DNA of 64,000 nucleotides, taken from Octopus bimaculoides. Its lineage: Eukaryota. The notes under the pieces are model-generated. The model did no database searches, was not told the origin of the DNA, and saw only the letters and a list, made by a program, of their open reading frames with translations. The stretch lies in NCBI RefSeq assembly GCF_001194135.2, contig NC_068992.1, positions 49,636,763 through 49,700,762 on the forward strand, in the 5' to 3' direction. Position 1 is the first letter of the stretch; each line of letters starts with the position of its first letter. A program made the position numbers and the translations under genes. Of this stretch, positions 51,581 through 63,957 are shown piece by piece.

Positions 51581-51798
51581 CCCTTTAACATTTAAACTGG
51601 GCATATCCAGCCAAAATATTTTATGTTTTATGTTCATATCTGCTAGATTTGACCTCTCACACCTGCTCTACAATGTTATTCTAAAAATAATCAATTGCAT
51701 CATCAAAATCTCAGAACAACAAGGTAATGTATGATTAATACAAAACAATGTGAATAAATAAGTATTATATTTCACTGAGAAATCAGAATGCTTAAAGG
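51581..51798. mobile_element. TTAA-flanked (piggyBac-type) MITE
   Basis: TTAA|CCCTTTAACATTT...AATGCTTAAAGG|TTAA. Confidence 0.7.
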
Positions 51799-52428
51799 TT
51801 AAACAGGTTTACTATTTTACTGGGATTTGTACTTTATTATTAACTTTACTCTTTGCCATGGCAATTATCTTTTAGGCCTTCTTCAGAAGGAAGGTTGCCT
51901 TAGCATCAGAGCAAACAAGTTCAAACAAACTGAATAGAACAAAGAGTTAAGTAAAGGTTAGAGTTAGCTTGAGTTAGTTAATTGCTAGGTCAAACAACCA
52001 GTCAATTTGCTTTGCCAGTAACTGACCATTGCCTCATTTTCACTGATGGACAAAAGAAAAGTTGACTTTAATAGGCTCTTAGCAATCGATTTCTTTTATT
52101 GACATCTTATTCTACCATTATTCTTCCATATAGATGGAACTATTGACTCAGTCTAAATGTAACATGTTGGGAGATAACCATGTTAGTGACTGTCAATACA
52201 GATTGAAGTAGAATGAGAGGCGAGAAACTTTATTGCTGGTTCATCCTAAATGTACTTTGTGAAGAAGTTTTGTCCAGGTCAACCCTGATACATTATATAA
52301 TGTGTCCTTCCATTTTTTTAAGATAAGGACTGAAATTTATTGGCTATTTCTAGTAGATCAAGCACCCATTTGTTCCCTCAACAGTTCCTGGTGAGGTAGT
52401 TATTGTTGGTAGCTCTGTCAATATATAC

Positions 52429-52669
52429 CAGTGGTTCTCAACCAGGGTCCATATAGCCCCAAGATTTTGCTGTTAAGATTTATGTGCAATAAACTGGCTG
52501 TACTTCTGCAATACACAAAATATTAAAAATAATTTTTTATACAATTCAAATAATATTTAAGTACAAAAATATAATGAGACTTTTTAAAACATTGAATGTT
52601 TATTAGGATCCAATAGAGTGAAATAGGAATGAAAGGAGTCCACAGGTAAAAAATGGTTGGGGAATACTT
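52429..52669. mobile_element. Degenerate hAT-type MITE
   Basis: CAGTGGTTCTCAACC...GGTTGGGGAATACT; TSD unclear. Confidence 0.55.
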
Positions 52670-54757
52670 ATACTAAATAGAGATTTGAGAAACTTATTTG
52701 TTTACAAGTACCCTGTAGAGGGGTAATTCTGATGATATATATGTCAACAAGTGCTACGTAGAAAGGATAAATATGTTATAAAATAACTCAAAACATTGCT
52801 TTCAAGATCTGTTCTGGTGAAAAATCCTCTGGAGGTGTTCATCTTAACCTTGCTGGCTAATGAGTCATTGATTTTTCTGCAGGTGTTGCTGTGTACAATG
52901 GTGAATTAATTATATTGTCTTGCAGTATGTGGGGTAGTTGAGAGCCAAGTGGGCTATCCATTGTTACAGTGTAGCGTTGGTGAGAGTATATAAACTTGTC
53001 TCTTTGACTAATCATCTACCTCTGTATCAGAGTGTCTGACACACATATAGTGGTAATTGTGGTAATTAAAATAACAATAGACATTACATGAGACACTCAA
53101 TTGTTGTTCAGTTATCTGACTATAAATCTTGGTTTCTATGAACTACTGTGAATCACAGTGGCTTCATTTATGTTAATTTATGTAAATTTGAATATTTAGG
53201 ATTGTTGAAGGAAATGGCTATTTTTTTTCCACGGATGAGTTTTAGTAATGACTGTTTGATAGTGACGTCAGAATGCGTCAATTAGCAGAAGCAGTAAAAA
53301 TATGTGCCTACTCTAGATTATCTCAAGATAAGGACTTAGACCAGATAATTAGCACATAAATACAACAGCTCCAGTCAATTAACTGAAACAGTAGAGCTAT
53401 ATGCCTTCTATAGATTATCTCAAGTTAAGAACTTAGACCAGGTGGTTAACAAATAAATATTACAGCCCCTTAATTTCCTAACTATTGTACATTCCTTTGA
53501 TTGGCAATTAAGGTTATTTCCTAATGTAATTAGGTGATGCAAAAATGTTTAAGCAAATCCTATAGTCACTTCACTATAAAAAGGTTTTCATCAATGGTGA
53601 TGGAATTCTGTGGCAACAGTTGAAAGCCACATACCACTATACCATTTCTGTGGCAATATTAGAATACCATAAGGCAAACCGTCTAACCCATGCCAGCATG
53701 GACAAAATGTTAAACAATGATGACGTAATAATTAAATTATATATTATGCACTTTATTTTGTTTTGCTATGTGCATGATTCCCGACCTGTGGTGCAAAAGG
53801 GGTTGGGGTACCAGTGCCATATAGAAACTTATTTAATGAAAGTATGAACTATACTTGTAAATGTTACGCAAACAATATACTATAAGAACAAGTGTTAAAC
53901 TTGTTTGGTTTTGCAGCTTTGATTGAAATATAAACTAGATTTCGTGGTCTGTATAGGGACAATTTTTCACGCACACACACCATTAGTAATGAAGGCCAAA
54001 ATAAATGGATAAAAGTCTCAATATACATTATATAAACTTTGTTTAAAAACAAAGAAGGAAAATGTGAGGTGTTAGTGATGTTTATGTGCAGAAATGTATG
54101 GGAAATATTTATGTGCTTCTAATGTAGCCCTATTGAATAAAAGTCCCTAGAGTAAGGACGGCGGTAGAAACTGTTCGTGTTATATTTAATGAAAGAGACC
54201 AGGAAAATAAAACAAAGCTAAGACGAGATTTGGTATCTTTTGAGTCCCTTAGAAAGTAAGGGAGATAACTCTCCCTTAATGTTTCGATATTGAACTTCAA
54301 AGTAGACTTGCTTTAGTGGTGATGAGAATAAGTGTGTGTGTGTCTGTATGTAGGGTGCTTAGAAAGCGGTAATAATTAGAGAATAATTTGCATTCAGAAA
54401 CCGAAAGAAATTACGCAGAAAGGCGAAGGCGTGGCTGTGTGGTTAATAAGCTTGCTTCCCAACCATGTGGTCTTGGTTTCAGTCCAACTGCGTAAGTCCT
54501 AGGCTTACAAAGAATAAGTCTTGGGGTCGATTTGCTCGACTAAAGGCAGTGCTCCAGCACGGCCGCAGTCAAATGACTGAAACAAGTAAAAGAGAGATAA
54601 ATTTAAAGATAGCAAATATATTATCAATTGATTGTTCCGATCTTAAAAGGTTAAAACAGTTGATGTTAGTGAGCATACATCGAAAAATATTTTCCTCTCA
54701 ATCAAAGGGATCTATCTTCACAACAAACTAGCGAAANNNNNNNNNNAATAATGTTGT

Positions 54758-55040
54758 TGGCACTCCATCGCTTATGCCGTCAAGGGTTCCAGTTGATCCG
54801 GGATATTCAGCGTTACACAATGTGACAAGGCTGACCGTTTGAATTACAGGCACAACAGAAACAGGAAGTAAGAGTGAGAAAAAGAGTACAGCAGGGTCCG
54901 CCACCATCCCCTGCCGGAGCCTCGTGGAGCTTCGTGTGTTTTCGCTCAATAAACACTCACAACACCCGGTCTGGGAACCGAAACCGCGATGTTATGACCG
55001 TAAGTCCGCTGCCCTAACCACTGGGCCAATGCGCCTCCAC
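54758..55040 (-). mobile_element. Family B SINE, internally deleted
   Basis: TSD-like AATGTTGT at 54750-54757 and 55041-55048; lacks part of the body seen in 2127-2510. Confidence 0.85.
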
Positions 55041-55274
55041 AATGTTGTAATAGACAAATAAGATATAGTGATAGTCAACTTACTTTTGATCAAAGGTTGA
55101 CCGGATACTAATAGAAAGATTAGTCTAAATAACAGTTTATATATTATCGGCAAGTATGGGAGACAACTACATGTATATTTTTCTTTCCATTTTTTTGTAG
55201 ATTTTTGGATACTTGTTACTGTCGTTGTTGTTTAATCTTGAGTCAGCATTGATGAAACTGATTTACAATTAAAG

Positions 55275-55600
55275 CATAGGTTCTTAAAGTGGGCGCTACC
55301 GCACCGCGGTAGGCGTTGAGACGGTCTAGGTGGGCGCTGATGCCTGTGGAGGTGGGGCGGTAGAGAAAACAGAGACGTTGGGAGGAAAGCGATGGATTGG
55401 GGGAACGCTATGAATTTATTATATCATTATAGTATTGCATACAAATTATATAATATTATATTAAATATCAAATGATTCATAGTATATATAACTTAGCAAA
55501 ATATAAATTGTTTATTTATACATAAAAAATAGGGGTGGGGCGCTGAGGGTATTATGTGGCCATGAGGGGGGCGGTGGCCCAAATTGTTTGGGAACCTCTG
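55275..55600. mobile_element. hAT-type MITE
   Basis: CATAGGTTCTTAAAGTGGGCGCTACCGC...GCGGTGGCCCAAATTGTTTGGGAACCTCTG; flanks aattaaag / gattagag (6 of 8). Confidence 0.6.
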
Positions 55601-55840
55601 GATTAGAGGGATTCCAGCTCTGACTATCTCTCTTAATTCCAGGTTGTGGTTTTTAGGCGTAAGAGAATATATTCTCTTTGTGCTTGGTGTAAAAAAAAAA
55701 AAAAAAGGACCTGAAAGTAAGACATAGTCAAGTGAGACAACTCACATAGGTCACTCTACCTCCATCAGTGTAAACTTTTACTCCTATTTTCAGAGAAATA
55801 TCGCAGCGATCCACCGTCAATGTTTTCAGATGATCAATGT

Positions 55841-55915
55841 CACAGCAGTGATAAGTCACAGCATTGATAAATCACAACATTGATAAATCACAGCATTGAT
55901 AAATCACAACAATGA
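55841..55915. repeat. 16-bp tandem repeat (CACAGCATTGATAAAT), ~4.7 copies
   Basis: Read directly from the sequence. Confidence 0.9.
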
Positions 55916-56239
55916 CCAAACATCGATGTCTGTCGCTCCGAAAAAGGGACCAATGTGAGTTGTCTCGCTTGACTGTGACACATTCAGACGATTTTTTTTG
56001 ATTTTTTTTACCCCAATCGCAAAGTGAATACATTTTCTTACGCAGAAAAAACCGCAGCCGAACCACAAACTAACCACGCACATACCTTGTGTGTGTGTGT
56101 TCGATCTCGTTTATATACCTCGAACTTCTTGTAATTCATATTTGCGTTAGTGCTATAATTGGTCATCCGTTAGGTTCCAAGTTCACAGCTGTAGTTGGAG
56201 CTAGGGATCCGTAGTAGGCTTATATATATATATATATAT

Positions 56240-56625
56240 CTTTTATCTTCATTTTACTTGTTTCATTTTACTTGTTATTAGACTGCGGCCATGCTGGTGT
56301 ACCACCTTGAAAAATTTTTAGTCAAATGTATTGACCTCAGTACATATTTCTTTAAAGCCTGGTACTTATATCGGTCTCTTCTGCCGAATCACCAAATTAC
56401 GAGGACATAAACATACCTACACTAGTTGTCAAACGGTGGTGGGGGAAACACACTCACACACATACACATGTACGACGAGATTCTTTTCAGTTTCCATCTA
56501 CCAAATCCACTCAAGGCTTTTGTCAGCCTGAGGCTGTTGTCGACACTTGCCCAAGGTGCCACGCAGTAGAACTGAACCTAGAACCATGTGGTTGAGAAGC
56601 AAGCTTCTTACCACACAGCCATTCT
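56240..56625 (-). mobile_element. Family A SINE
   Basis: Reverse complement of the head (...GCTTCTTACCACACAGCC) and tail (TTTTACTTG...GACTGCGGCCATGCTGG). Confidence 0.8.
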
Positions 56626-57557
56626 GAGAGAGAGCTACATTATATAATATTACATGAGGTGTTCGTTTTGGTATGTTGAATCTTTTGTTTATTTTTATGT
56701 ATTTTGACCATACTATACTGATGAGCAGCAGTTACATATATTGTTGTAATAACTGTGAAATCGATTCGATATATAGTTCAATCTGTTTTTAAGAGGCTAA
56801 TATTGAGAGTTGCATTTCCTCGCGTTCGGTAAAAATGTGTTTATTATGGTAGTTTAGCGTGAGGCATTCTTGAATAGCAATGCTCTTATATAAATATAAA
56901 TAAATATATTCTAGGGAATAAATGATGGATTTTTTCCCTTATGAGGTTTTTTCACGCTTGTTACTTGATAAGTTCTTGTAAAAGATCTTATTCTGTTATT
57001 GAATTAATTAAATATACAACCGGAATATATTCAGTGCTGAATTTTATTCCAGAAAAAAAAAACACGTATACCGAGATGCAATTAAAAAAAGCCCGCCTTT
57101 ATATAGATATATAGAGATAAACAATATACATACATACATACAGACAGACAGGCATATACATTTACATACATATACATATTCTTTTCTGCTCTAGGCACAA
57201 GGTGCGAAATTTTGGGGGAGGGGGCCAGTCGATTAGATCGACCCCAGTACGCAACTAGGGCTTAATTTATCGACTCCCGGGAGGATGAAAGGCAAAGTCG
57301 ACCTCGGCGGAATTTAAACATATACATATTGGTTTGACCAATGGCCTATACTATCCATCCCAACATGTGCACATAGAAATATCAAAGCAAGTCTAGCCTC
57401 ACCTCGCACTCCTCCCTCTCTTTTATCATTACCATTCTCTTCTCTCTTTTCATCACCTTCTTATCTCCTTGCCAAATACACACAGAACCGCTCACATACC
57501 TCAATGAACCGTTTGACGGGTGAAAATAGATAAATATCCTTCAGTTACACATTCGTT

Positions 57558-58214
57558 GGATCTATTTCAAAACGGGGGCACCAGTATTTTCTTAACGAAA
57601 CACTAACGAAACACTTTGAAACTTGGGACACTGGTAGAATGTGTCATATAAAACATATTTTACTCTTAGTCTTCTTAACAAAAAAAAACGTACATCGCAA
57701 GTTATTCCATGTTAAAGTTGTCGTATTTCTGTAATTTCAACCAATCACTGACGTCTATTCAGCTGAATGGAGTTACTGCTGGGCGGTCATAAAAATGTTA
57801 TTCCCTGTGACATATTTCATCCGGTTTAATCGTAATTTATACGCATATATTGTTTATATAATAAATTACGCTGTGCGTATCTATGTGTGTAACAATTTTA
57901 GAGTTCGGATTCTAGAGTTAGGGTTAGTTTTAGGGTTAGGGTTAGGGTTAGGGTTAACAGTCTAGTTAGGGTTAGGGGATTAATACGATATACACCGTTA
58001 CAGCGCTAACTGTTTTCAACTGAATAGACGTCAGTGATTAGTAGAAATTATCGAAATAAGACAATTTTTTACATGAAATAAATTCGAATACAAAAATTTT
58101 TTTCTGTTCTATAACACAAAATAGATAAGTATACAAAGTTTGAAAGTCTTTCGGTACCAAAAACACTACATAAAACATAAATGAAAACTGGTGCCCCCGT
58201 TTTGAAATAGATCC
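57558..58214. mobile_element. Foldback MITE, Merlin-like by its termini, with nested inverted repeats and internal TTAGGG repeats
   Basis: 28-bp TIR GGATCTATTTCAAAACGGGGGCACCAGT; exact 8-bp TSD CATTCGTT at 57550-57557 and 58215-58222; inner arms 57709-57787 / 57994-58074. Confidence 0.85.
57918..57977 (+). repeat. Interstitial telomere-like (TTAGGG)n
   Basis: Seven perfect TTAGGG units, four of them contiguous (57930-57953). Confidence 0.9.
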
Positions 58215-58364
58215 CATTCGTTACTTCCAACTTTATTGCCATATCGCCTGAAGAAATGAACGCATGAACGAAGACCCATATGATGTCCATGGATATTACG
58301 GATTGTACTGCAATCATGCCAGGAATACGGACTACGGTCACAAGAAACATGTGCTGTGTGGAAA

Positions 58365-58594
58365 GGCGGTGAGCCGGCAGGAACGTTAGCACGCCGGGCG
58401 AAATACTTAGCGGTATTTCGTCTGCCGTTACGTTCTGAGTTCAAATTCCGCCGAGGTCGACTTTGCCTTTCATCCTTTCGGGGTCGATTACATAAGTTCC
58501 AGTTACGCACTGGGGTCGATGTAATCGACTTAATCCCTTTGTCTGTCCTTGTTTGTCCCTTCTGTGTTTAGCCCCTTGTGGGCAACAAAGAAAT
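58365..58594 (+). mobile_element. Family C SINE, full length, with long TSD
   Basis: Flanked by AAGAAACATGTG(C/A)TGTGTGGAAA at 58342-58364 and 58595-58617 (22 of 23). Confidence 0.9.
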
Positions 58595-58662
58595 AAGAAA
58601 CATGTGATGTGTGGAAATGCGCGTAGTGATGCATTAAAATATTTATAAATCCCATCCATGGG

Positions 58663-58709
<47 letters not shown>

Positions 58710-60113
58710 ATATATATTTCATCCTTTCGAGGTCGATGAAATAAGCATTGGGGTCAATGTAATCGACTACCCCCCCCCCCTAAATTTCAGGCCTTGTGCT
58801 ATNNNNNNNNNNACTATATATATATTTCATCCTTTCGAGGTCGATGAAATAAGCATTGGGGTCAATGTAATCGACTACCCCCCCCCCCTAAATTTCAGGC
58901 CTTGTGCTATAATAGAATGGATTATTACTGTGTGTGTGTGTGTGTGTGCGTGTGTGTGCGCATGCGCAAGTACAAACATACAGACAGATATATATAGACG
59001 GGGGATACTCAGAAAGACAACCAGATGATGTGATGTGTCAGATGGGCTTACAAATACAAACATGCAAAAAAAAAAAAAAGAAATAATAAAATAAAAGCAA
59101 AAAAAAGAAGACAATCCTCAACGTCTAACTTTTGTGATGTCATTAAAAACTGAACCAGAGTGACCTTTCATGTATAAATCTTAATATTAGTTCGTACTGA
59201 CGGCACAGTGAAACGGTTTCCTCTTTCCGTCTTGTTTGCTTTCAAGATTTCTATGGAAGTGTCAGGTAGAACAAGGAATCATTCTGCTAGGATCTTTGAA
59301 GGAATAAGTGACTGGTGGATGGAAATGCGAAATGTCATAGGATGTTGTCAGATCTTTGAAGTGTGTGTGTGCGTAGGTGTGTGCGTGTGTGTGTGTGTGT
59401 GTGCCTAGGCGTGTGTGTGTGTGTATCTATGTATGTGTATATATGCATGTTTGTATGCATGTTTCTATGTTGTATGTATGTTTGTATGTTTGAGTGCCTG
59501 TTTGTATGCGCAGGCGCGCGCACACACACACACACACACATATGTATTAACATATATTATATGTGTATATATATATATGTATATATACATATGTGTGTGC
59601 ATATATATATCTTTAAACACACACACACACACACATATATATGTACATATATATATATTTATATATATGTTTAAAGATATATATATCTTCAGGACTTGTG
59701 CCAGTGTTTGAAGTAATTATTTGAATATGTTCTACGCATCTCTAATACGCGTTTATATTGAAATTTCTGTTTTGAAATTATGTATGTATGTATGTATGTA
59801 CGTTCGTTCGTTCGTATGCGTGTATATATCAATCAGACGAAAAATGACCCTCCAGGCTGACATAGCCTGCCTCCTGTGGATCACAATAATTGAAGAACAT
59901 GGATTTCGTCTTCTGGGAAAATTGCTGCTCTGATGAGTCTTACCCAGTTCAGTATGAAGACTTTTTTTACTGCCGAAGGATAGGTTCTAGCGAAATCAGT
60001 TCCAAGAATATCTAAACTAATAAATAGGAGTTTCCTTGCGTGTGTCTGAACGACTTCCTGTCACGTGGACACAGTCTCCAAGAATGGCACTTATAGAAGC
60101 GTGTATATATATT

Positions 60114-60240
60114 CAGGGTGTCCACAAAGTCTGGGTACATGAGGATTAACACATACTTTAAGAAATTATTATTTCTTATATTTAATTGTTTATGTTATGA
60201 TTTTATTTACTCCATGTACCCAGACTTTGTGGACATCCTG
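60114..60240. mobile_element. Tc1/mariner-type MITE (127 bp)
   Basis: 28-bp TIR CAGG(G/A)TGTCCACAAAGTCTGGGTACATG (27 of 28); TA at the right flank, TT at the left. Confidence 0.8.
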
Positions 60241-60478
60241 TATGTATATACTGAACCTACATATATAAATATATATATACAAACACACACACATACGCAT
60301 ATATCTATATAATGTAGAAATACGCAGAAAGGCGCGACCCACTATCGAAGGTTTGCACAAGGTTTGCACAAGGTTTGCACAAAGGTAAGCGTTTCCATAC
60401 GCCACTCTTATATCCAGTGCCGTTAAGTGAAGACCATCATATCATAAGTTAACTTGAGGAATTCGAGTCACACGGTAA

Positions 60479-60696
60479 TAATCCTGTCTACTGAAGGCAC
60501 AAGGCCTGAAATTTCGGGGGAGGGGATTAGTCAATTATAACGACCCCAGTATTTCACTGGTACTTAATCTATTGACCCCGAAAGGATGAAAGGCAAAGTC
60601 GACCTCGGCGGAATTTGCAATCAGAACGTAAAAACGGACGAAATGCCGCTAAGCATTTCACCCGGCGTGCTAACGATTCTACCAGCTCGCAGCCTT
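60479..60696 (-). mobile_element. Family C SINE
   Basis: Reverse complement of the head (AAGGCTGCGAGCTGGTAGAATCGTTAGCACGCCGGG) and central domain. Confidence 0.85.
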
Positions 60697-61559
60697 AAAT
60701 TATGTAAATATTTAATATTGTTTAGAAAAAAGAGTCGTGCTTTTGAATAAATATACTGTGCATGATATTTGTTCCATATTGAATTGCGGACACATTCTCT
60801 TGTCACTCTCTAGTTGTCGGTAATTCAGTGGATCGGGGATTGATCCGTTGGACACACGCAACCAAATATGGTATAAAGTAAAATAAATAAATTAGACGTC
60901 TCACTCTCCACACTGCCTAAACTATCACTTCGATCCTTCCAATCTTTTATGATACATAACAGTTATTTTATTGACTTGAAGGTCGATAAAATAAGTGTCA
61001 AGCGTATCTTACTCAATCGATTTAACCTCTGATTACTAATAAGTTTGGGTTAAAGAACTCTTAAATACTCCATTACGATATCAAAGATTAAAAATATAAA
61101 CCCATGCATAATTTAATGAGTTTATTGATTAGACAATTTTCCCTTAATTGGTTAAATTTTAAGTATTTAATTCATTAAAAATATTCTTGTTATTTTCTGA
61201 TTTTTTTTTTATGCATTTCTCCTTTTGTGTGATTATTTGATCAATCATTTTTATCAGAATTTCATTTCCATACGAAATTTCACAAGTTCGTCGTTGGTTG
61301 CCAAGAAAAAAAGGTTATTTAAAGTTTCCTGGTGTCATTTTATAACCTTCAATAGTTCTCTTTTTTTAATTTACTTTTATACTTGCTCCTTGAATTATCT
61401 CACATTCGAACAAGACTTTGTTTTGGGAGTAAAGAGAAAAAAAATGCTATTCTTTGGAAACGTGCAGTTCTAAAAATCGCTGGAAATTATTGAAGCAAAT
61501 TTGAATATCTTTTCATGTGAGTTCAGGGTAATGTCGGATTGTGTGGAAGGTAACGTTAT

Positions 61560-61940
61560 CTGTTATTTTTTTTACTTGTTTCACTCATTAGACTGCGTCC
61601 ATGTTGGGGCTCTGCATCGAAAGGTTTAGTCGAACAAATCGATCCCACTACTTGTTGTTTTTTGAAATCTGATACTTATTCTATCAGTCTCTATTGTCGA
61701 GCTGCTCAGTTATAGGATGTATACAAGCCAATACCGGTTGCCAAGCGGTGGTAGTGAGGGGACAAGCACAAAAGCAAACACACATACGCACACGACGAGC
61801 TTCTTTTAGTTTCCATCTACCAAATCCACTCTCATGGCTTTGGTCGGTCCAAGGTTATAGTAGAAAGTACTTGTCCAAGGTGCCACACAGAGGGATTGAA
61901 TTCTCAAAGTGGTTGGGAAGCGAATTTCTTACCATACAGC
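61560..61940 (-). mobile_element. Family A SINE (diverged)
   Basis: Tail TTTTACTTGTTTCACTCATTAGACTGCG and body CTACCAAATCCACTC...CCAAGGTGCCAC, reverse complement. Confidence 0.75.
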
Positions 61941-61999
61941 TAATCCTAATCCTATATATGTTATTGATAACACCTAAAAGTGGTGTTTCTTTTCCCCTT

Positions 62000-62615
62000 C
62001 CGCTTGATGAATGTAGCTTTGGTCAAAAGGAATTGATGTCATCAGATGATATCCAACGATCATCGGATGTTTCGACCCTGGACCGCAACACCCTCCCATT
62101 AGTGACTTAGCAAAGATGACCAAACCACTGCTCAACATTTCCACTTGTCTCCCAGATTAACTCCTCTATCTGCTCTTTCTGCTACCTTTCCCATCCTGCA
62201 CACAGATACCGTTAATTCTTTTCATATTATTCCAATGGCTGTAAGAATTCTCCATACTGTTTGGGCAGGGAATCCTCTACAGCCAACTTCGACTGGAATA
62301 GTCATAACTACCATCTCTTCTCTCTACAATTCTGCAAAAGGCTCTCGTACTTAGCACGTTGGCATTCAAATGTTTGATCGCATTCTTCTTTTCACGGGAC
62401 TGTAAGCTCAATCAAGATATCTTTTTTCCCTTTGCAGTCTATAAAAACTACATCTAGCTTTAGGATTGCCTGGATAACCTGGGGAAGCTGCAATCTTTCC
62501 TCCAGGTCTACCTTCATATTCCATGATTGGGTTCCATGTTGTAGACTACTTGTCCTTTTTGCTGTCCTCACCAGCTCCTCTTATTCCTTCAGGAACTTGA
62601 TTGCTGGTGTTGTAT
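62000..62615 (-). mobile_element. 3' remnant of a non-LTR retrotransposon with restriction-like endonuclease (HERO/NeSL-type)
   Basis: Minus translation WNMKVDLEERLQLPQVI...DVVF...ILIELTVP*KEEC...KYESLLQNC...W / PVEVGCRGFPAQTVWRILTAIGI; stops and one frameshift. Confidence 0.75.
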
Positions 62616-62899
62616 CACGGACTAGGACTGAGCTCGCACAAACCTCTTACCACACAGTCACGCCCACGCCGTGTGTGTGTGTGTGTGTGTGTGTGTGAGC
62701 AAACAGTTATAGTTCAATATGTCCTTCATCTTGTAAGATGAAAAGGAATTATTTGATCTATTTCTAGCAAGTTGAGCGACCTCTTGCAGATATCGTCGCT
62801 GCTTCATTGGCAGAGCTTCAAAATAAATCAACAAAGATATTAAAAAAAAAAAAAAAATAGACGGCGTAATGTATATTGTGGAAGAACTTCATGAGATTT

Positions 62900-63480
62900 T
62901 GATTTAGCTTGGAGGAGAAGGAACTAAAAATAATAGCGATTCATTAGTAAGTATTATCGTTTGTAGCTTAAACGATAACAGATAAAACAGGAATCAATAA
63001 AATTTCTCGTCTTTCTTTAGTGGAATCCTTTAAATCTGGAGAACTCCACCAACAGATTTATAATAAATAATTTTACATCATTTTATTAATGCTTGACCTT
63101 TGAGAAAAGGTCAACAAAAATATGAGTGGTCTTCAGTATTTCGTTAATATTGAATTAATATTACTTAACCCGAAAATGCAATACACCAAATGTTGTACAC
63201 TAGTTAGTCCTGATAACAAAGACCGGTATTTGATATCGCACATTGTCTAACTTGTTATTACAAGGCGTCAAAGGCTGCCCATAAATCAACCTGCTGTTAA
63301 AATATATTTAATCTCATCAACGTCAACCTCAAATTCGTCGTCTTCATTCCCAATTTTGTAATCTTCAGTCTCGATTACACTGTCGTCTGTTTCGATAATG
63401 TCATCGTCTTCCTCAGTTTCATCACCATGTCAACTTAGGTGTCGTCATTGTAAGGTGGAACTAATTTTTCTTTTCATGAA
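62900..63480 (-). mobile_element. Possible decayed piggyBac-like transposase N-terminal region
   Basis: Acidic tract (GDETEEDDDIIETDDSVIETEDYKIGNEDDEFEVDVDE) followed by a stop-riddled stretch with VIV*ATN; weak. Confidence 0.3.
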
Positions 63481-63787
63481 CTAACAATGTCATCAATGGT
63501 CATTTGTTGCAGTATTATAGAAGAATGTAAACTGGTAAACAACTATGTAAAGTATTATATGTTTAGTATAATAAAAATTGACCCACGTTACATCGCCGTA
63601 AATATCCATATATTTCGTACATTAGATATGAAACTACATACTGTACTATATACATATCCAGTCGGACAAAGACAAAAAGAAATAATGTCAGTTATTCATA
63701 ATTCTTACTTCTTTAGTTTCTCAGCTAAAAAATCAAAAAAAAAAAAATCAAAAAACAATACAAAAATCAGCACAATCATATTTGGTA

Positions 63788-63957
63788 ATTAAAGTCAGTC
63801 CCGGTGTTGATCGGTATGTTTATGTATTCGTTCCTTTGTCTGTTCCTGGGAGCTTTATAAACTAATCATGTGTCTTGTAGAAATAGCGTATATTGTGTGA
63901 CTGAGTGACTGACTTTAGTCCAACACCGGCTGATGAGGTTATGAGTTACCGAAACAT

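Noticed and set aside
58716-58910. ~87-bp exact duplication either side of a 10-N gap
   Set aside because: Typical contig-overlap assembly artifact.
59930-59961. CUGAUGA followed by a GUCUU/AAGAC stem
   Set aside because: The required GAAA is replaced by a T run; not a hammerhead.
60348-60380. (AAGGTTTGCAC)x3 and the 16-bp array at 55841 as possible CRISPR-like arrays
   Set aside because: Contiguous repeats without spacers in a eukaryotic context; simple slippage repeats.
62039-62078. GAAAC...CUGAUGA on minus, resembling a type II hammerhead
   Set aside because: Only 2 nt available for stem I and no stem II complementarity.
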